64,000 nucleotides of DNA, taken from NCBI GenBank assembly GCA_947169745.1, contig CAMVQZ010000002.1, positions 2,208 to 66,207 on the forward strand, in the 5' to 3' direction. This document shows, piece by piece, positions 55,589 to 61,112 of this stretch. The position numbers and the translations under genes are program-made. Numbering within the stretch: position 1 is the stretch's first letter; each line of letters opens with the position of its first letter. The stretch is from an uncultured Clostridia bacterium (GTDB lineage: Bacteria; Bacillota; Clostridia; Oscillospirales; Acutalibacteraceae). Below the pieces are notes generated by a model that saw only the letters and a program-made list of their open reading frames with translations, was not told where the DNA came from and did no database searches.

Positions 55589-56527
55589 TCAGTAGATAGT
55601 TTCATTTATCCTCTTGCAGCATCTGAGCTTTGCGCTTCTGCTGCGGGGATTATCCGCCAGTTCCCTTTCATCTGCAACTGCCGGTTTTCTCAGTACAAGC
55701 TCTGCGGACGGCTTTCTGCCGCAGACACAAACAGGAAAATCCCTGGGGCATATACATCCTGTGCACCATGACGCCATTCTCTTTTTGACCATTCTGTCCT
55801 CAAGAGAATGAAAGGTTATGACCGCAAGCCTGCCTCCTGTTCTGAGAGTGGAAAATGCACCGTCCAGTCCGGCGGACAATCTGTCCAGCTCACCGTTGAC
55901 GGCTATTCTCAGAGCCTGAAAGGTCTTTCGTGCCGGGTGCTTATCATGCCTTTTTGCTGCCGGATAGGCACCCTTTACTATCTCGGCAAGCTGCAGTGTA
56001 TTTGTTATCGGAGAGATCGTCCTCTCTCTTTCAATTGCTCTTGCAATATTCTTTGCATATTTCTCCTCGCCATAGCTCTGGAGTATCCTGACAAGCTCGC
56101 CGAAGCTGAGCTCATTGACAAGGTCAGCAGCAGTTTTTCCGCTCTGACTCATCCTCATGTCAAGATATGCATCATAATGGTAGGAAAAACCTCTTTCCGG
56201 ACAATCAAGCTGATGCGATGAGACGCCGATATCCATCAGAATACCGTCGAATGCCGGTATTTCCAGCTCTCTTGCAACTTCAGGTATCTCGGAAAAATTA
56301 GTTTTTATTATCGTTACTCTTTTATCTTTTCCAAAACGCTCCCTGAGGGTCTCAATAGCGTCGGGATCCTGATCAAGACATATAAGCCTGCCGTTTTCAA
56401 GGCGTTCCAGTATTCCCGATGAATGTCCCCCTCCTCCTGCAGTACCGTCAAGATATATCCCATCCGGCTTTACATCCAGGGCGTCCATTGTCTGCTCAAA
56501 CAAAACGGGCAAATGAGAAAACTCCAT
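55589..56527 (-). CDS. rsmH: 16S rRNA (cytosine1402-N4)-methyltransferase
   Basis: HLPVLFEQ, SAM-binding DGTAGGGGHS and ITFHSLEDR; positioned after mraZ. Confidence 0.95.
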   Translation of the reverse strand: MEFSHLPVLFEQTMDALDVKPDGIYLDGTAGGGGHSSGILERLENGRLICLDQDPDAIETLRERFGKDKRVTIIKTNFSEIPEVARELEIPAFDGILMDIGVSSHQLDCPERGFSYHYDAYLDMRMSQSGKTAADLVNELSFGELVRILQSYGEEKYAKNIARAIERERTISPITNTLQLAEIVKGAYPAAKRHDKHPARKTFQALRIAVNGELDRLSAGLDGAFSTLRTGGRLAVITFHSLEDRMVKKRMASWCTGCICPRDFPVCVCGRKPSAELVLRKPAVADERELADNPRSRSAKLRCCKRINETIY

Positions 56528-56538
56528 AATTCCTCCCG

Positions 56539-56958
56539 TTACAGTGCAAGCTGATCCATGATATCATAGATATCCTTATCAGAAAGTGCGTTGTTATATT
56601 CATCCCAGGTCTTGCTGTCCCAGATTTCCACCTTTGAGCCGGCGCCGTTGATAACCACGTCGTCAACAAGTCCTGCGTATTCCCTGAGAGATGCAGGTAT
56701 CAGAACTCTGCCCTGCTTGTCGGGTCTCAGCTCCGCAGCAGTGGAGTATATAAAACGGTTCAGAGCGATAGTTCTGGAGGAAGGCTGCTCAGCGATCTTG
56801 CGGCCAAGCTCGTCCCAGGCTTCCTGGGAAAGAATAGCAATAGTGCCGTCCTTGCCTTTTGTGGCATAGAAAACTTCACCAAGCACCTCACGGAACCTGG
56901 CTGGCATTATCACACGACCCTTTGAGTCTATGTTATGTTGGTATGTACCTATTAACAT
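56539..56958 (-). CDS. mraZ: Transcriptional regulator MraZ
   Basis: Duplicated SpoVT/AbrB-like halves with the motifs D.KGR..IPA.FR and DKQGRVLIP..LR; it is the first gene of the dcw cluster. Confidence 0.95.
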   Translation of the reverse strand: MLIGTYQHNIDSKGRVIMPARFREVLGEVFYATKGKDGTIAILSQEAWDELGRKIAEQPSSRTIALNRFIYSTAAELRPDKQGRVLIPASLREYAGLVDDVVINGAGSKVEIWDSKTWDEYNNALSDKDIYDIMDQLAL

Positions 56959-56990
56959 AGCTTATTCCTCCGAATTAAGAACAAGCGGAA

Positions 56991-57065
56991 CCACTATCCC
57001 TCCACTTTGTTCCACTATCCACCACTTTCTTAACCCATTATAGCCCACTGTATAAAAAAATGCAA
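56991..57065 (-). promoter_or_regulatory. mraZ (Pmra) promoter with phased MraZ-box direct repeats
   Basis: On the minus strand: TTGCAT (57060-57065), a 17-bp spacer, then TATAAT (57037-57042). AGTGG boxes (plus-strand CCACT) start at 57022, 57012, 57002 and 56991, spaced 10, 10 and 11 bp. A fifth box lies in the spacer at 57045. Confidence 0.65.
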
Positions 57066-57332
57066 GGTTTATTAGTGTATTTTTTCATATAATTTAGGCT
57101 TTATTCCTGCAAGGAAAAATAGTTCTCTGCTTTTCGCTGTATTTTTACGTTTTGCAGTTATTTTATTGCAAAATGATCGCTTTCGGGCTGTCAGAAGCAT
57201 CAGATAGTCAGGTGGTGGAAAGTGGGTGAAATATCTCCGTTTACAGGCAGAAATATATCATTCCAGGATGTTTTTCCAATAAAAACGAATCAGAATACAC
57301 TTTTCAGGGAATAATATTGGCGGTGATGATAT

Positions 57333-57686
57333 ATGGATCTTATTATTTCGTTTCTTGCCGGAGGAATACTCTGCGTAATAGCGCAGATACTCATTGACAA
57401 AACAAGCCTCACTCCTGCAAAGATACTGGTTTTTTATGTTGTAGCCGGAGTTTTACTGACAGCGATAGGGTTTTATGACAGATTTGTGGACATCGCGGGA
57501 GCCGGCGCAACTGTACCCCTGACAGGCTTCGGATATTCCCTTGCAAAGGGAACAGAAAAGGCCATTTCCCGTGACGGCTTTCCCGGAATACTTACCGGAG
57601 GATTATCCGCCTGTTCTGCCGGTATTGCTGCCGCTGTTTTTTTCGGAGCAGCTTTTTCGCTGGTATCTCAGTCAAGACCGAAATAA
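57333..57686 (+). CDS. spoVAE: Stage V sporulation protein AE (SpoVAEB-type, dipicolinate channel component)
   Basis: 117 aa. GGILCVIAQILID..SLTPA...FVDIAGAGATVPLTGFGYSL...SAGIAAAVFFG aligns along its full length, by eye, with Bacillus SpoVAEB. Confidence 0.85.
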   Translation: MDLIISFLAGGILCVIAQILIDKTSLTPAKILVFYVVAGVLLTAIGFYDRFVDIAGAGATVPLTGFGYSLAKGTEKAISRDGFPGILTGGLSACSAGIAAAVFFGAAFSLVSQSRPK

Positions 57687-57746
57687 GAAATGTTTCAGGT
57701 TTTCCTCTGCCGGAAGCACCCGGCATTCAGGTTGAAAAACACACAA

Positions 57747-57790
57747 AGCCCTGCCAGAATCCAAATGACCGGCAGGGCTTTCTTATTTTC
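57747..57790. terminator. Bidirectional rho-independent terminator
   Basis: AGCCCTGCC pairs with GGCAGGGCT (57771-57779), followed by TTTCTTATTTTCTTG. It lies between convergent genes. Confidence 0.7.
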
Positions 57791-57805
57791 TTGTTTTTTA
57801 TTTTT

Positions 57806-58117
57806 CTAATCGTTGTTACGGGCGGACTTTTTTTCGTCTGTTCTGATAAGATCGTTTTCACCAGCTTCTCCCTGAAGCATATTTCTGAAGGGCTCCAGAG
57901 CCATTCTTCCGCCGGGAAACAGGTCTGCTACTGCGTCAAACGCAGCTCCTGCTGTGTCCCCTTTTTCTCCCTTTTCCTCAATTACCGCTGTACCTGCAGC
58001 AGAAGCTGTGGTGCTCATGGTCATTGCTCCTGCCGAATACATTGTAACAGCCGCAAATACAACCGCCATCATCCTTGTCCTTAATGCAGATTTTTTCACA
58101 GTGACCACTTCCCTCAT
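57806..58117 (-). CDS. Small secreted hypothetical protein
   Basis: 103 aa with a signal-peptide-like N-terminus (KKSALRTRMMAVVFAAVTMYSAGAMTMSTTASA). I recognise no family. Confidence 0.4.
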   Translation of the reverse strand: MREVVTVKKSALRTRMMAVVFAAVTMYSAGAMTMSTTASAAGTAVIEEKGEKGDTAGAAFDAVADLFPGGRMALEPFRNMLQGEAGENDLIRTDEKKSARNND

Positions 58118-58157
58118 TTTTTGTACTATAGTTTCCGGCTCCGTTTATCTATATTCT

Positions 58158-58306
58158 TATGATATCACCCGGAGCCGCTTATGCATATATTCAAAAAGCC
58201 CTTATTCTGTAGCTTAGTTTACAATCCGTGGTTAAAGTGTAGTTTAATATACACAGGAAGAAAAATAGTAAATTATTCTTGAACAATAAACGCTCCTATG
58301 ATATCA
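58158..58306. promoter_or_regulatory. Two copies of the palindrome TATGATATCA in the divergent tetR intergenic region (candidate TetR operators)
   Basis: TATGATATCA at 58158-58167 and 58297-58306; the core TGATATCA is a perfect 8-bp palindrome. The second copy lies about 35 nt upstream of the tetR start. Confidence 0.4.
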
Positions 58307-58341
58307 TCAAAATCACAGACAGGAAGGGAGGATATATCCTT

Positions 58342-58878
58342 ATGGAGGATAAAAAGACTGACCGCAGGTCTCTGAAAACACAAAAATTGCTCAAGGAAGC
58401 TCTTGCAGAAATGCTGACAGAAAAAGAGCTGAGAAAAATAACAGTCCAGGAGGTATCCGACAGAGCGGATGTTCACCGGGTAACCTTTTATAAGCATTTT
58501 TATGACATATATGATCTGTATGAACAGCTGGAAAAGGACGTGCTTTCCGAGCTGGGACTGCTGATCCTGAAATTCCACGATGATACAACAAAGAATTTCG
58601 GTCAAGAGCTGGTAGATTACATAGAGAAAAACCCGAAGATTTTCAGAATGATATTCAGCCCACACAATACAGCCCAGATAAAATCAAAATTCACGAATAT
58701 GGTGGAGGGAGTATTTCGTCTGATACAGACAGAAAAAAGCACCCTTGCGCTGAATGATATCCGTCTGGATTATTTTTCTGCCTTCTGGTCCAGCGGATGC
58801 ATATCGTACTCCAAACAACATCCACCATTTAGTATTGATACCCGATTTTGCCAACGCCGATTACTCCACGACGAATAA
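58342..58878 (+). CDS. TetR/AcrR family transcriptional regulator, C-terminus possibly replaced by the island junction
   Basis: HTH region LKEALAEMLTEKELRKITVQEVSDRADVHRVTFYKHF. Start ATG 58342 follows a GGAAGGGAGG RBS. The last 50 nt overlap the convergent 515-aa gene. Confidence 0.8.
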   Translation: MEDKKTDRRSLKTQKLLKEALAEMLTEKELRKITVQEVSDRADVHRVTFYKHFYDIYDLYEQLEKDVLSELGLLILKFHDDTTKNFGQELVDYIEKNPKIFRMIFSPHNTAQIKSKFTNMVEGVFRLIQTEKSTLALNDIRLDYFSAFWSSGCISYSKQHPPFSIDTRFCQRRLLHDE

Positions 58879-60376
58879 TAGTAATTCCGAATTTGTCATA
58901 TTCAAACGCATCCGGAGTAAAGGAATCAAACTGAAAGCTATCATACTGAAAAGTTTCGTAATCGAATTTTTCGTAATCGAAAACATCGATTACGATTTCA
59001 TCTAATATTTCTTGCGGCAACTCGTAATTTTGATCCACCAAGCCAAAGAAAGTACAGCCCGAATCAACGCAAAATGACATAAACAGACTATGCCCTAAAT
59101 TGTAGGCGAATCCGCCAATCACACCGCCAATAAAGCTACCGAGCATATATGCCGCCATTGCAAGTGGAGGTATTTCGACAAACCACACACTTGCTGCGAT
59201 TCCTCCGCCCACCGAAAAGGCTGTTGTTATGTACAATCGAGACATTTCCTCAGCCATTTGTGCTTTATTGATTCTGCCCGTAGCAAGTCTGATTCCGCTT
59301 TCCAAGGTTCCAATCATCAACACAACAGCCGTAGAAATCATTGACGCATTTGCTCCCATCAACGTAGTTCCCAGCTTGCCGCTTTGACAACAAGCTACAA
59401 GTGCAGCTGTAATTGAACCGTTAATAAATCCTCTTGCAGCAGAACTCAAGCCCTTATATCCCATCTCCGCAAACAGCTTAGGATCTATTTCACCTTCGGA
59501 AACGAGCATTGATATTCCGTCAATAATTGTGGGAGCTATTCCTATAACGAAAGAAATAACTGCTGCACTTAACCCGGCTGAAAAGGCTTCGCTCATTATG
59601 TCTTTTGCCGTCACTAACTGATTTATATCTAAACCGCATTCTTTTAATAATTCTTGATCGAGGTTTCCTTCTTTTGCTGCTCTTGTTAATCTTTGAGCGT
59701 CTTCTCTGCTGAGCGGAATTGATTTATTTCCTTTTTTATCAGACAGAATATCTGTTAATGTTGCTTGTACCTCTCTGTATCGAGCTACTTGATCCAGCTT
59801 TCCGTTTGCTTGCGCTACCGCTATTTTTTTATCTAACAGTTTTTGAGCATCTAACAATTGATTGGTGGGAATAAGCTTTGCTTGACCTTGATACATAGAC
59901 TTATGCATATCTTCTTTCTTGATTTTTCTTTTTCCAAGGAATTCTTCAAGCGATTCATAGCTTTTTCCGGCTTTCTCTGCTTTAGCTTTAAGATGCATAT
60001 ATCGTTCATATGGTGTTTCTGATTGAGCAGCATATGAGCTTTTAGCATCCTTATAATACTTTAAACTGGCTCTGCTTCCGCCAAATTCCACGTCAGCGGA
60101 AGCGTATGTGTTTACATCAGGCGCTTTGGCTGTTGCGGCAGAATGATGAACAGCGGAATCAGCGTTAAAAGTTCCAGAATGCCATATTTCAGCTACAAAT
60201 CCTTGAAGCTTATCAGCAGGCAAATCAGTAGATTGAACTTTTGTCATAATATCACTTGAAATGGATTCAATCTGACTGTTTATTGTATCAATCCAAAGCT
60301 GTGATATATGTCCGCCCAAAGCTGCACCCATATTATTAGAAACAAACTTTAGCCCTTGTTCAAAAGCAATACTCAT
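58829..60376 (-). CDS. Unassigned 515-aa protein: soluble helical N-domain, 4-5 glycine-zipper/small-residue TM helices, aromatic-acidic repeat tail (ORF-B of the hsdR-linked pair)
   Basis: Long ORF whose ATG overlaps the upstream stop (TAATG), with a GGAG RBS 8 nt upstream. Hydrophobic segments: FSAGLSAAVISFVIGIAPTII, ISTAVVLMIGTL, FSVGGGIAASVWFV and MLGSFIGGVIGGFAYNLG. I recognise no enzymatic motif. Confidence 0.75.
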   Translation of the reverse strand: MSIAFEQGLKFVSNNMGAALGGHISQLWIDTINSQIESISSDIMTKVQSTDLPADKLQGFVAEIWHSGTFNADSAVHHSAATAKAPDVNTYASADVEFGGSRASLKYYKDAKSSYAAQSETPYERYMHLKAKAEKAGKSYESLEEFLGKRKIKKEDMHKSMYQGQAKLIPTNQLLDAQKLLDKKIAVAQANGKLDQVARYREVQATLTDILSDKKGNKSIPLSREDAQRLTRAAKEGNLDQELLKECGLDINQLVTAKDIMSEAFSAGLSAAVISFVIGIAPTIIDGISMLVSEGEIDPKLFAEMGYKGLSSAARGFINGSITAALVACCQSGKLGTTLMGANASMISTAVVLMIGTLESGIRLATGRINKAQMAEEMSRLYITTAFSVGGGIAASVWFVEIPPLAMAAYMLGSFIGGVIGGFAYNLGHSLFMSFCVDSGCTFFGLVDQNYELPQEILDEIVIDVFDYEKFDYETFQYDSFQFDSFTPDAFEYDKFGITIIRRGVIGVGKIGYQY

Positions 60377-61056
60377 TACTTAATCTCCATAAATCCAGCA
60401 AGTCCGTCCAAATAAAAGCTTAAGACGGCATATCTTAACATCTGGTCGGAAATCAATTTGCTTGATTCGATTTTAGTGCCGATTTTAAAGAAATCTGTCC
60501 CTTCATTTTTTTCTTTTCCTGCAGGCGCACCCTTGATTTTTCCAAACAATCCTTTAACGGCTTTAGTTCCCTTTTCAAACGCTTCTCCAATACCATCGGT
60601 GTGAGTAGCTTTTTTGATAGATTCAGTATCTGCTACACTATCATCAAAGCGTTCTGTTAATTCTATGTATTTCTCATAAAAATCATCATACAAATCTTTA
60701 TTGCTAAAAAGTGTATTTGATTCAATATATAATACAGCCTTGTTTCCTATTGAGCCGACATATACACCGTATTTAGTCATATCCTTGTCAAACCTAATAC
60801 TCGGAATAACGGCTTCGGAAGATTTGTTCTTCCCTATGAAGATAAGCTTTGTATTTGAGCCAAGTTGAGCCTTATTATCATTATATATATCTTCGTTCCA
60901 AACAACTGCTTCTACACTTCCGTCTTTAATTCCTACAACGGTATTGTTTTCGACGTCATCATCCTTAAGTGTAATAAGCGACGATAACAATTCAGCATAT
61001 ACAGATTCCTTATCACCTGTAACGATTATCAGTTTTTTTACCATTCCGCCAATCAT
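60376..61056 (-). CDS. Unassigned 226-aa protein with an N-terminal alpha/beta (Rossmann/flavodoxin-like) pattern (ORF-A of the hsdR-linked pair)
   Basis: A GGAGGG RBS lies 7 nt upstream of ATG 61056, and there is a 56-nt gap after the hsdR stop. Beta-alpha-beta pattern KKLIIVTGDKESVYAELLSSLI...KLIFIGKN, then a Lys/Gly-rich segment KGLFGKIKGAPAGKEKNEG. I recognise no family. Confidence 0.7.
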   Translation of the reverse strand: MIGGMVKKLIIVTGDKESVYAELLSSLITLKDDDVENNTVVGIKDGSVEAVVWNEDIYNDNKAQLGSNTKLIFIGKNKSSEAVIPSIRFDKDMTKYGVYVGSIGNKAVLYIESNTLFSNKDLYDDFYEKYIELTERFDDSVADTESIKKATHTDGIGEAFEKGTKAVKGLFGKIKGAPAGKEKNEGTDFFKIGTKIESSKLISDQMLRYAVLSFYLDGLAGFMEIK

Positions 61057-61112
61057 AATGATCCCTCCTGTGTGTTAAATGCTGAAAAATCTTTTTTTCT
61101 TTCAAATGTTTT

